Positions 28,153 through 39,387 of a DNA stretch of 64,000 bases are shown piece by piece. A program made the position numbers and the translations under genes. This DNA comes from Thermoplasmata archaeon. GTDB lineage: Archaea; Thermoplasmatota; Thermoplasmata; RBG-16-68-12; JAJISG01. Each line of letters opens with the position of its first letter. Positions within the stretch are counted from its first letter, which is position 1. The notes under the pieces were generated by a model. The model saw only the letters and a program-made list of their open reading frames with translations, did not search any database and was not told where the DNA came from. The DNA is taken from assembly GCA_046759185.1 (NCBI GenBank), contig JBHIBO010000003.1:18865-82864 (forward strand), read 5' to 3'.

Positions 28153-29361
28153 GTGGGGGAGCCCAGGAGAGGGTGGGCGGTCGCGTTCAACCGGAACGAG
28201 GTCGCTGGGGCCTTCGGCGACATCGGGACCGACCTCCCGCTCATCCTCGCCCTCATCGCGATCAACGGTCTCGACGCCACGAGTGCCTTCGTGATGTTTG
28301 GGGTTTTCCAGATACTGTCGGCCCTCCGTTACGGCCTTCCCATGCCCGTGCAGCCTCTGAAGGCCATGGCCGCCATTATGATCGCGACGGCCGCCCGTCC
28401 GGAACTTCTCTTCGGCGGAGGCCTCGTGATCGGGCTCACCATTGGCATTCTCGGCTTGACCGGTGCCATCACTCGCATTCATGCCCTCCTCCCCGCAGGA
28501 GTTGTCCGCGGCATCCAGCTTGGCCTGGGCCTAACCCTGATGCTGGTGGCTTTCGGCTTCATTCTGGGGGATCCGGGCGCCCCTCTGCCAGACCGCATTC
28601 CTGGGATGATCGCCGCCTTTGTCGGGATCCTTGCCGTCCTCTTCCTCGGGCGGAGCACCCGATTCCCCCCTGCCCTCCTCCTCATCGTCGGCGGAATCGG
28701 CCTGGCGGCCTTCCAGGGCCTGGACTTTGGTGCCCTGGCGGGGGGCATCGGGTTTCGGCTGCCGGTGCTCTATCTTCCCGAGTTTCTTGCCGATCTGATC
28801 CCCGGGGCTCGCGTCCTCAGCCTCAATGACATCGCTGAAGGGGGACTCGTACTGGCGCTCCCCCAGATTCCACTCTCCATCGCCAACTCCATCATCGCCA
28901 CGGCCTTCCTGGTGCGGGACTACTTCCCGCGGAGGACAGAGATTACGCCCCGCCGCATCTCCCTCACCTACGCGGCCATGAACCTGACGGGCCCCTTCTT
29001 CGGCGCCATCCCGGCCTGCCATGGTTCGGGGGGATTGGCCGGCCACCACCGGTTTGGCGCCCGGACGGGGGGCTCCGTGATCATCTACGGCACCATCTTC
29101 CTGGTCCTGGGGCTCTTTTTCGGAGGCGTCATCTTCGAGGCGGTCAAGGTCTTCCCCTTCCCGGTTCTGGGAGCCCTTCTGCTCTTCGAAGGGTTCGCCC
29201 TCACGAAACTCGTCACAAAGGTGAAGGACAGTCGACCCGACCTCCTCGTCGCCCTACTGGTCGGGGTGCTGGTCATCGGCGTGCCCTTTGGCTTCGTCGT
29301 GGGCATCCTCGGAGGGACGGCCGTCTACTTCCTCTTGGTTCGAAAGCGGATCTTCTTGTGA
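28153..29361 (+). CDS. MOT1-family (MFS-type) molybdate transporter
   Basis: Polytopic membrane protein. It carries the two MOT1 signature blocks PMPVQPLKAMAAIMIA and FGAIPACHGSGGLAGHHRFGARTGG. It is divergent from moaA, with a TATA-like CTTTAATAG just upstream (GTG start, likely leaderless). Confidence 0.7.
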   Translation: MGEPRRGWAVAFNRNEVAGAFGDIGTDLPLILALIAINGLDATSAFVMFGVFQILSALRYGLPMPVQPLKAMAAIMIATAARPELLFGGGLVIGLTIGILGLTGAITRIHALLPAGVVRGIQLGLGLTLMLVAFGFILGDPGAPLPDRIPGMIAAFVGILAVLFLGRSTRFPPALLLIVGGIGLAAFQGLDFGALAGGIGFRLPVLYLPEFLADLIPGARVLSLNDIAEGGLVLALPQIPLSIANSIIATAFLVRDYFPRRTEITPRRISLTYAAMNLTGPFFGAIPACHGSGGLAGHHRFGARTGGSVIIYGTIFLVLGLFFGGVIFEAVKVFPFPVLGALLLFEGFALTKLVTKVKDSRPDLLVALLVGVLVIGVPFGFVVGILGGTAVYFLLVRKRIFL

Positions 29362-29435
29362 AGCCTTCCTGGGGTCAAAGGCTTAAGGGGTTCTCGGGCT
29401 ACTCTCAAGCGTTCAGCCTACCGAGGCATCCAACC

Positions 29436-29951
29436 ATGAGTGTGGAGGAGCACAGGGCGCGGGCGCCCAAGCACCTCGCGGTCGGCGTCATCACGGCCAG
29501 CAATACGCGGACGGAGGAGACGGATGACTCGGGCCAATACGCCCAGGAGGCCCTCCGGGACGCAGGCCACAAGGTCGCCTTCTACGCGGTCGTCAGGGAC
29601 GATCCCAGGGAAATTCGGGAGGCTCTCGATGCCGCCCTCCCCCAGGCGTCGGTCGTGATCGTGAGCGGGGGCACGGGTCTCTCCCCGACGGACGTCACCA
29701 TCGAGACCATCGCCCCTCTCCTCCAGAAGGAAATCGATGGGTTCGGGGAAATCTTCCGCGCCTTGAGCTACGAAGAGATTGGCACCCCGGCGATGTTGAG
29801 TCGCGCCACCGCTGGGGTGATCGACGGGAAGCTCGTAGCCTGCTTGCCGGGCTCACCTGAGGCCGTGCGCCTGGCTATGGAAGCGCTCCTACTCCCCGAG
29901 CTAGGTCACATCGTCGAACAGATCACCAGTGGTCCCCACGGCCACCCCTAG
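29436..29951 (+). CDS. moaB: molybdopterin adenylyltransferase MogA/MoaB family
   Basis: Trimmed to MSVEEHRARAPKH. It has the GGTGLSPTDVT motif of the MoaB/MogA fold. Confidence 0.8.
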   Translation: MSVEEHRARAPKHLAVGVITASNTRTEETDDSGQYAQEALRDAGHKVAFYAVVRDDPREIREALDAALPQASVVIVSGGTGLSPTDVTIETIAPLLQKEIDGFGEIFRALSYEEIGTPAMLSRATAGVIDGKLVACLPGSPEAVRLAMEALLLPELGHIVEQITSGPHGHP

Positions 29952-29998
29952 GCAACCGGACTTCGCAAGGGGACGCCTCAAGCCCCCGGGACTTCCTC

Positions 29999-30433
29999 TC
30001 ACTCGAAGAGGCCCCGTACACACGCGAAGAACTCCTTCACCTTCTTCTCCGCCGTGGACTCGATCATCCGAGAACCGACGCTGGCGAGCTTCCCCACGAG
30101 GCGGGCTTCTGCGTTCCATCGCATTTCGGTCCCCCGGGCCGTCTTGATGAGGACGACGACCGAGTCCACGTCTACCGCACTGCCTCGTCCCGTCCCGTGG
30201 GCCTTCAGGCGGGCCCGGGTCGGCCTGTCCTCCTCCACGAGCTGGACCGTGAAATCGAACTTGCCTTTGATGAAGGAGACTCCGGCCTTCACCACAGCCC
30301 GGAAGTGCGTGGGACTGTGCACCTCCAGGAGCTGCAGATCGGGCATACATGGCGCCAGTTTCCGGGGGTCAATGAAGGTGTCCCAAACCTCCTCTACGGG
30401 GGCTTCCACGGCGAAGGTTCCCTGGAAATCCAT
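29999..30433 (-). CDS. CoxG-like SRPBCC protein (CODH subunit G family)
   Basis: 144 aa. It is a paralog of the ORF at 35726, sharing FxGTF...KxHGxGRGSAVDVD...TARGTEMRW. Confidence 0.8.
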   Translation of the reverse strand: MDFQGTFAVEAPVEEVWDTFIDPRKLAPCMPDLQLLEVHSPTHFRAVVKAGVSFIKGKFDFTVQLVEEDRPTRARLKAHGTGRGSAVDVDSVVVLIKTARGTEMRWNAEARLVGKLASVGSRMIESTAEKKVKEFFACVRGLFE

Positions 30434-30586
30434 GATGACCGTCCTCCCACCGAAGGGGACCGGGGTTGGTCCCGAAACGCTCCGACCCCCGCCCGCAATC
30501 TTAGTCAGAGGGGGGCCCGATTAAAAACCTGCGGCTGGGACCGCTCCCGGGTTTGTACTGTCTCATGCCCCTTTTTCCACCTGGGA

Positions 30587-30620
30587 GTTGCGCCTATCCC
30601 GCGTGAGGTTGCGCCTATCC
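30587..30620 (+). promoter_or_regulatory. tandem direct repeat GTTGCGCCTATCC (2 copies, 21-bp period), candidate regulator-binding site
   Basis: Exact 13-mer at 30587-30599 and at 30608-30620. It lies about 40 bp from a TATA-like ggaTAGTATAAA (30655-30666; on the minus strand this reads as a consensus archaeal TTTATA box) in the 500-bp gap between xdhC and the coxG paralog. Confidence 0.3.
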
Positions 30621-30941
30621 GGGGGCAGGTGGAGGTTATCAGTTATTATTCTGAGGATAGTATAAATGTACCCCTTCCATCTTATCCTCATGTCTCGGAA
30701 AGTGACGGAATATGAGCCCGGGAAGATGACCGCTTCGAAGTCCCGGAGAGGCCGAGTCGCGGCCGTCCTGGGTGTCCTGAGCGCCATGGTGCGCGGAAGC
30801 CGCGCCCGGAGGATTCCCAGGGTGGCGGACGGGTTCACCGTTCCCCAGGGCGCCCGGATGGGTCCCCCGCTGGGCCTCGCGGTGCAGGCCGGCGATCTCA
30901 GCCTCGTCCGGTAGTCGGAATCCACCCGACGCGAAGTGGCC

Positions 30942-31802
30942 CTACCCCGGGGCCGCCTTGGGCGCCTCTGTCTTGCTCCCCTTCCCCGGAAGGCGCCTCC
31001 CGTATTTTGTGGCCACAACCTCTGCCATGATGCTCAAGGCGAGTTCCCCGGGCGTGGTCGCTCCCATGTCGATCCCGATGGGGGTGCGCACCCGGCGGAG
31101 GAACGCCTGGTCCACGCCCAGGTCGGCCAACGCCTTCATGTCGTGGGCGATGCGGTCGCGGCTGGCGAGAAGGCCCACGTACCGGACGGGCGCCTCGGCC
31201 AGGGCGGCCAGCACGGTGACGTCCCGGGCCCCCTTCGTCAGCACAACGACGGAATCCCGCTTCGTCCATTCAAACGTCGTCATATCGAACTCCATGTCCT
31301 CGATGAGGACATCGGGCTGGCTCTCCAGAACGGGCTTGTGGTCGATGACCACGACTTCCATGTCCAGGAGCTTTCCCAGCTCTACGAGGTGGTCTTCCAA
31401 TGGGTCCCGACCCCCCTCAGCCACAAGGATGAGCCGGTCGGGTGGCAGGTACGGTTCGACGTAAATCTCCATCACCCCTCCGCAATTCGTCTCCACGTGA
31501 ATCTCGTCGCGCGTCTGGTTCGTGACGGTGCCGCGAACGGCGGTTTCTACGTCCTCGAGGTAGACCTTGACGAGGCGAGGCTCCCCCGTCTCCATCGTCT
31601 CTAGCGCGACCTCGACGATGGGCCCATCGGGACAGGCTCCGCCCAGGGTTCCGAAGGCCACCTCCTGATTCTCGGAGATGATCATTTTGAATCCCGGCTT
31701 GCCGAGGGAAGAGCCCTCGACGCCCACGACGGTGGCGACGGAGAACGGCTTCCGGGCCGCCACCAGACGATTCATGTTTCGGGCGAAGCCGTACTCGTCC
31801 AT
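30942..31802 (-). CDS. XdhC/CoxF-family molybdenum-cofactor insertion chaperone
   Basis: It has the XdhC_CoxI N-terminal domain (KPFSVATVVGVEGSSLGKPGFKMII) and the XdhC Rossmann-like C-terminal domain (RLILVAEGG..., VRYVGLLASRDR). It was trimmed from 31844 to the ATG at 31802. Confidence 0.8.
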   Translation of the reverse strand: MDEYGFARNMNRLVAARKPFSVATVVGVEGSSLGKPGFKMIISENQEVAFGTLGGACPDGPIVEVALETMETGEPRLVKVYLEDVETAVRGTVTNQTRDEIHVETNCGGVMEIYVEPYLPPDRLILVAEGGRDPLEDHLVELGKLLDMEVVVIDHKPVLESQPDVLIEDMEFDMTTFEWTKRDSVVVLTKGARDVTVLAALAEAPVRYVGLLASRDRIAHDMKALADLGVDQAFLRRVRTPIGIDMGATTPGELALSIMAEVVATKYGRRLPGKGSKTEAPKAAPG

Positions 31803-31886
31803 GAGCCCCGATTCTAGCGACGGCCTCGTCTTAATCCTTTCCACCGGCCGAAAGGAGGAGGGAATTCCGAACGGTTGCTGGAAAGT

Positions 31887-31894
31887 CTTTTATC
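31887..31894 (+). promoter_or_regulatory. putative TATA box (CTTTTATC) of the form-I coxMSL operon
   Basis: AT-rich motif 41-48 nt upstream of the GTG start at 31935. The geometry matches the form-II cluster promoter. Confidence 0.4.
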
Positions 31895-31934
31895 CGAACC
31901 CCCTTTTAGGCGAGCCTCACGGGGGACAAGTATC

Positions 31935-32807
31935 GTGATTCCGCCTCAATTCGAGTATTTTGCGCCCTCTTCGGTCGATGAGGCCGTCGAGCTCTTGGAA
32001 CGATATGATGGCGAGGCCAAGGTCCTCGCCGGAGGAATGAGCCTGATCCCGATCCTCAAGCTCCGACTGGCGGAGCCTGCGGCCCTGGTGGACATCGGTC
32101 GCATCGAGGGCCTCTCGTACATACGGGAGGAGGACGGGTGGCTTCGCATCGGCGCGGGTACCGTGCTGAGCGACCTGCACGATTCGGACTTGGTGCGGGA
32201 GAAGTACCCCATCTTCCATGACGCCGCCTCGGTCATCGCCGACCCGCTGGTGGACAACATGGGCACGGTGGGAGGCAACCTCGCCCACGCCGATCCCGCC
32301 AACGACCTCCCGGCCTGCATGCTCGTCATGGGGGCCCAGGTCGTCGTCCAAGGACCGAAGGGTTCCCGGACGATTCCCGTCGGGGAGTTCTTCGTCGATA
32401 CGTTCGAGACCGCCCTTGAGGACGACGAGATCCTCACCGAGGTCCAGGTTCCCACGTCCCAGGCTCGCCAAGGGAACGCCTACATGAAGATCGAGAAGCG
32501 GGCCGGGGACTTCTCCATCGCCGCCGTGGCGGCCAACGTCGTCCTGAATGGGAACGGAACAGTGGGGAGCGCGGGGATTGGCCTCACCAATGCCGGGCCG
32601 ACCCCTTTCTTGGCGGAGGAGGCCTCGAACCACTTGGCTGGGGGGAGTCCGGATGAGGCGACTCTCGCCCGGGCGGCCGAGCTAGCGGAGGAGGCATCCA
32701 ACCCGGTTTCCGACCTCCGAGGACCCGCGGAGTACAAGCGGGCCATGGTCGGCGTCCTCACGCGCAGGACCGTAGGGAAAGCTCTCGAGCGGGCGAGAGG
32801 TGGATAG
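31935..32807 (+). CDS. coxM: CO dehydrogenase FAD-binding medium subunit
   Basis: A GTG start gives [22 protein letters not shown], the canonical CoxM N-terminus. The FAD-binding domain is conserved with the cluster at 21072. Confidence 0.85.
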   Translation: MIPPQFEYFAPSSVDEAVELLERYDGEAKVLAGGMSLIPILKLRLAEPAALVDIGRIEGLSYIREEDGWLRIGAGTVLSDLHDSDLVREKYPIFHDAASVIADPLVDNMGTVGGNLAHADPANDLPACMLVMGAQVVVQGPKGSRTIPVGEFFVDTFETALEDDEILTEVQVPTSQARQGNAYMKIEKRAGDFSIAAVAANVVLNGNGTVGSAGIGLTNAGPTPFLAEEASNHLAGGSPDEATLARAAELAEEASNPVSDLRGPAEYKRAMVGVLTRRTVGKALERARGG

Positions 32808-33335
32808 CATGGCGGTCGCAGAGCGAGAGGCGGGCGAGGGCGGCGTCCCTCCCACGTATCCCATCACGGTTTCTGTGAATGGCACCGAATACGAGGCCAC
32901 CGTGGAGGGACGGACTCTCCTCGTCCACTTCCTTCGGGACATCCTGGGTCTCACGGGGACGCACATCGGTTGTGACACGACGAATTGCGGAGCGTGCACC
33001 GTCCTCCTCGACGGAAGGGCGGTGAAGTCGTGCACGATCCTCGCCGTCCAGGCGGACGCCCGCGAGGTGCAGACCGTGGAAGGCCTGGAGACGGACACGC
33101 TCCATCCCATTCAGGAGGCCTTCGTGGAGGAGCACGGCCTCCAGTGTGGCTTCTGCACGCCGGGGATGATGATGACGTCCGTGGCCCTCCTTGGGAAGAA
33201 TCCGAACCCGACGGAGGACGAGATCCGCCACGGCATCGCCGGGAACCTGTGCCGGTGCACGGGCTACGTGAACATCGTGAAGTCCGTCCAGTTCGCCGCG
33301 AAGAAGCTTCGAGAGGATGGCCAGGGAGGTGACGC

Positions 33336-33339
<4 letters not shown>
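32800..33339 (+). CDS. coxS: CO dehydrogenase [2Fe-2S] small subunit
   Basis: [11 protein letters not shown] and QCGFCTPG...CRCTGY motifs. The start may be at 32809 (MAVAERE). It overlaps coxM and coxL. Confidence 0.85.
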
Positions 33340-35669
<2,330 letters not shown>

Positions 35670-35725
35670 CGGCCATGCCAGGTCGCCTGAAACGCCGATT
35701 CGAAGGTCGACGGTAGGGAAGTGAG

Positions 35726-36166
35726 ATGGAGTTCGAGGGCACTTTCTCCACAACCGCGGGGATCGAGAAGGTCTGGAGCACCTTCTTTGATCCGCAGGGG
35801 ATGAAGCCCTGCGTCCCCGACTTGGAGCTCATTGAGATCTTCGACCCGATGCACCACCGGCTGGTGTTCAAGGTCGGTCTCTCCTTCATGAAGGGCAGTT
35901 TCGATGTGGACGTCAGGTTGCGGGACGTCGCCATGCCCACCCACGCCCGGGTCAAGGCCCATGGGAGGGGGCAAGGCAGCGCCGTCGACGTCGACGCCGT
36001 GGTGGACCTCGCCAAGACGGCGGACGGCACGGAGATGCGTTGGAAGGCCGATGCCCACATCGTCGGGAAGCTCGCGAACGTCGCGACCCGTCTCCTGGAT
36101 TCCACCGTGAAGAAGCGCATCAACGAATTCCTCGAATGTGGCCGCGCCCGCCTCGAAGGAGAGTAA
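35726..36166 (+). CDS. coxG: CoxG (SRPBCC) protein
   Basis: 146 aa starting MEFEGTFSTTAGIEKVWSTFFDPQG...KAHGRGQGSAVDVD. It is immediately downstream of coxL. Confidence 0.8.
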   Translation: MEFEGTFSTTAGIEKVWSTFFDPQGMKPCVPDLELIEIFDPMHHRLVFKVGLSFMKGSFDVDVRLRDVAMPTHARVKAHGRGQGSAVDVDAVVDLAKTADGTEMRWKADAHIVGKLANVATRLLDSTVKKRINEFLECGRARLEGE

Positions 36167-36202
36167 GCGTCCCCTCCTTGCGCGTCTGCGGGTTCCCGAG
36201 TC

Positions 36203-37861
36203 CTATGCGACGAACGACGCCGGTTCCTTGACGAAGCGAGTCTGGCAGCCCTCGGAGCAGAAGTAGTACGTCGATCCCTCGTGCTCGGCGTGCAAGGAGG
36301 AGGCTGGGACGACGGTCATGCCGCAGACGACGTCCATGGCCGTCTCACTCACGGCCGGAGTCGCTTGCAGGCCGGCCGAGCTCGGGACCGACCGATGACG
36401 CACCTCGGTGATCTCGGCCATGATGCTGAGGGCAATTTCCTCCTGTGTCTCGGCAGCCAGGTCGAGGCCGGCTGGGTTGCGGAGTCGTCCGAGGGCGTCC
36501 TCGCCGAGCCCCTCGTCTCGGAGGCTCTCGATCAGGGCATTCGCCCGCCGACGACTCGCCACTAGGCCCACGTAAGCCGCAGGGGAACCGAGCAGCTGAC
36601 GCACAGCCGTCTCGTCGTATCGGCCCATGGAAGCCACCACGGCGAAGGTGGAACGTGTTGCGGCCGCCGCCAACGCCTCCACGTCCCCGATGACCACATC
36701 CGCGTCTGGCTGCTTCTCCTGTGTGACTCCCAAGGCCGCGACGACCACACGGAAGCCCAAGAGGTGGCCGAGAACGGCGAGCGCCTGACCCAAGGGCGAC
36801 TCACCGACGATCAGGAGCTGGGGCGTGGGGTTGTTGGGCTCCAGGAAGATCTCCATTTCCCCACCGCTCTCGCACACCATAGGGTGTTGGGTCACTCCCT
36901 CTCGAGGAGGGGTTCTAGCCGGGTCGGGGGAGAAGCTGACGAGGCGAGGGATGCCGTCTTCCAGGGCCGTGAGGGCCTCGGCGACGACGATGGACTGGGA
37001 GCAGGCGCCGCCGATCCAGCCCGTCATCTCGCCGCCTTGCCGAATGACGGCCTTGAACCCCGGCTTCCCCGAGGTGGGTCGAACGGCACGCACGACCGTC
37101 GCGAGGACGAAGGGCTCTCCGCGTCGCCTGAGTTCCTGGGCCAGGTCCACGGGGTCGTCGGCGATCGAGCGTCCGAAGTGGGATAAACCCTGGGTGACCG
37201 CGGGCAGGTGGCCCTCACCCTCCTGATGGAGCTCCAAGGCCAAGGTCTCCAGCGCCTCCCCCTCCTCCAAATCGTGTGCGACCCGTCCAAGCTGCTCTTC
37301 CGTATCGATGTCCAGCAGGACGCCGGGATCGGGTACGGGGACCTCGACGATCTCGCCCTCGTAGTTACCGAAGATGCTACGACAGCCCCGGTCTCCCGTG
37401 ATCCCGCGTACGTCGCCGAAAACGGAGCGATCGAGGAGGACGGGATTGCCACGAACGCCTTGGAAGGTGGGGATGAGGACGGGCGCACCTGTGGCCTTCC
37501 ACTCCTTGCCCAATGTGTCGAGAGTTTCCGCCTGGAGGAAGGGCTGGTCTCCGAGCACGATCAAAACGCTCTCGGCCCCCGACGACAGGGATCGGATCCC
37601 CGCCCGGATGGAGGTGCTCATCCCCTCTGGGTAACGCTCGTTGACGACCACATTCGCGCCGTCGAGGGAGACCTCCTCGCGGATCCGGTCAGCCTCACTG
37701 CCAAGAACCACGACGACTTCCTCAGCCGAGGAGCCTTGTACGGACTCGAGCACCCGCTCGAGGAGCTTCTGCCCTCCCACCTCCAACAGCGGCTTAGGGC
37801 GCCCCATGCGCGAAGAGGTTCCAGCGGCCAGGACGATCGCGGAAATCACGTGACGATCCAC
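36203..37861 (-). CDS. tri-domain fusion: MocA-like molybdenum cofactor cytidylyltransferase + XdhC/CoxI chaperone + C-terminal YHS/TRASH metal-binding domain
   Basis: N-terminus: ISAIVLAAGTSSRMGRPKPLL (MobA/MocA NTP-transferase). Middle: PFVLATVVRAVRPTSGKPGFKAV plus QLLIVGESPLGQALAVLGHLLGFRVVV (XdhC N- and C-terminal domains). C-terminus: DVVCGMTVVPASSLHAEHEGSTYYFCSEGCQTRF (YHS). It is one uninterrupted 552-aa ORF, with a GTG start at 37861 or 37849. Confidence 0.8.
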   Translation of the reverse strand: MDRHVISAIVLAAGTSSRMGRPKPLLEVGGQKLLERVLESVQGSSAEEVVVVLGSEADRIREEVSLDGANVVVNERYPEGMSTSIRAGIRSLSSGAESVLIVLGDQPFLQAETLDTLGKEWKATGAPVLIPTFQGVRGNPVLLDRSVFGDVRGITGDRGCRSIFGNYEGEIVEVPVPDPGVLLDIDTEEQLGRVAHDLEEGEALETLALELHQEGEGHLPAVTQGLSHFGRSIADDPVDLAQELRRRGEPFVLATVVRAVRPTSGKPGFKAVIRQGGEMTGWIGGACSQSIVVAEALTALEDGIPRLVSFSPDPARTPPREGVTQHPMVCESGGEMEIFLEPNNPTPQLLIVGESPLGQALAVLGHLLGFRVVVAALGVTQEKQPDADVVIGDVEALAAAATRSTFAVVASMGRYDETAVRQLLGSPAAYVGLVASRRRANALIESLRDEGLGEDALGRLRNPAGLDLAAETQEEIALSIMAEITEVRHRSVPSSAGLQATPAVSETAMDVVCGMTVVPASSLHAEHEGSTYYFCSEGCQTRFVKEPASFVA

Positions 37862-37915
37862 CTGGCGGTCTTTCGGTACACTCGCCCTCTGTACTAGAGC
37901 GGGTCCGTTGTTAAA

Positions 37916-37958
37916 CCTTGCACTCTCCTCCGCCGGGAACGCGCCTACCTCGACTCTG
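37916..37958. repeat. copy A of a roughly 43-bp conserved intergenic element
   Basis: TTGCACTCTCCTCCGCCGGGAACGCGCCTACCTCGACTCTGAT. It is about 85% identical to copy B at 39388-39430. It lies just upstream of the MocA-XdhC-YHS gene and just downstream of citZ. Confidence 0.5.
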
Positions 37959-38053
37959 ATGGGGCGAGGGCCAGGTCTCCGACAGGGGACTTTCTGAACA
38001 GCCGAGCCTTTCCGCTCGCGGAGAGTCGGGAACGTGGGATTCGAGGTCTGAGG

Positions 38054-39199
38054 CTACGCCGAAGCCAGCTGCGCAGGCTCTTCGCGGTCTCCGATGGGCA
38101 CGTACTCGAGGTCCATCGGCCCGATGTATTTGGCTCGGGGACGAATGAGCTTGTTGTCGGCCAGCTGCTCCATGATGTGCGCGGACCAGCCCGCGATCCG
38201 GGAGAGGGCGAAAATCGGGGTGTACAGGTCGATGGGAATGCCCAGCACGTAGTAGGTGGACGCCGAGTAGAAGTCCACGTTCGGGTTCAACCCCTTCTCC
38301 CGCATCATGACGGTCTCGATGACCTGGGAGATGTCGTACCAGCGGGTATCGCCGGCGGCCTCTCCGAGGTCCTTGACGACCTTGCTGAGTTCCTCCGCCC
38401 GGGGATCCATGGTCTTGTAGACACGATGTCCGAAGCCCATGATCCGCTCCTTCTTCGCCAGTTTGTCCAGGATGTACTGCTCGGCCTTCTCGGGGCTGCC
38501 GATCTCCTTGAGCATCTCCATGACCCGCATGTTGGCGCCCCCATGGAGGGGGCCCTTTAGCGTGCCGATGGCCGCCACCACGGCGGAGTAGACGTCCGAC
38601 AGCGTGGAGGCGGTCACTCGGCCGGAGAAGGTCGAGGCGTTGAAGCCATGGTCTGCGTGGAGGACGAGGGCCATGTCCATGACCCGCTCCGCAGTCGGGT
38701 TCGGTTTTTCCCCCCGCATCATCCACAGGAAGTTCCCAGCGTGAGCGAGGTCCATGTCCGGCTCGACGGGTTCCTTCCCGCTGCGGATTCGCACCCAGCT
38801 TGCGAGGATCGAGGCGAAGCCCGCCGTCAGGTCCAGGGAGGTCTCGATCTGTTCCTCCTTGGACGGCGCCTCCTTCTGTCCCCCCATGTTCCCCAGGCTG
38901 GACACCGCGGTCCGCAGGACATCCATGGGATGGGCTTTCTTCGGCCAGTGGCTCATGCAGTCGAGAAGCCCTTCAGGCAGCGGCCGGTGCTCCGCCAAGC
39001 GTTTGGAGAAGTCGTCCAACTGATGCTTCGTGGGGAGGTACCCGTTCCACAGGAGGTAGACGGTCTCCTCGAAGGTTGAGTTCTTTGCGAGGTCGTGGAT
39101 GTCATAGCCTTGGTAGACCAGGAGTCCCTTCTCTCCGTCGACGAACGAGTTGCGCGACTCGTCGATGACGATTCCTGCCAGTCCTTTGGCGATCTCCAT
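38054..39199 (-). CDS. citZ: citrate synthase
   Basis: Trimmed to MEIAKGLAGIVIDESR at 39199. The catalytic-region motifs are GFGHRVYKTMDPRA and HADHGFNASTF. The size is typical of archaeal/Gram-positive-type citrate synthase. Confidence 0.9.
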   Translation of the reverse strand: MEIAKGLAGIVIDESRNSFVDGEKGLLVYQGYDIHDLAKNSTFEETVYLLWNGYLPTKHQLDDFSKRLAEHRPLPEGLLDCMSHWPKKAHPMDVLRTAVSSLGNMGGQKEAPSKEEQIETSLDLTAGFASILASWVRIRSGKEPVEPDMDLAHAGNFLWMMRGEKPNPTAERVMDMALVLHADHGFNASTFSGRVTASTLSDVYSAVVAAIGTLKGPLHGGANMRVMEMLKEIGSPEKAEQYILDKLAKKERIMGFGHRVYKTMDPRAEELSKVVKDLGEAAGDTRWYDISQVIETVMMREKGLNPNVDFYSASTYYVLGIPIDLYTPIFALSRIAGWSAHIMEQLADNKLIRPRAKYIGPMDLEYVPIGDREEPAQLASA

Positions 39200-39387
39200 C
39201 TGCCACCAGCTCACTGGCCCCCCAGGGGGGCCCGGGACAACGAGCCAGGTGAGGCTACATGGACCTTTGGAATGTAGAATAAGCATGCGACACGCGCCGG
39301 GGAAGCGTCTGTTCCTGACGGGGGGCTAGCCGACGGAGGACCCCGGTTCATTCTGCGTCTGGGCGGAGGAGCACAACGCGGTCGTCT

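Noticed and set aside
30666-30914. 82-aa plus-strand ORF in the xdhC/coxG gap
   Set aside because: It has an Arg/Gly/Val low-complexity composition and its start lies inside the TATA-like sequence. The region was treated as regulatory, not coding.
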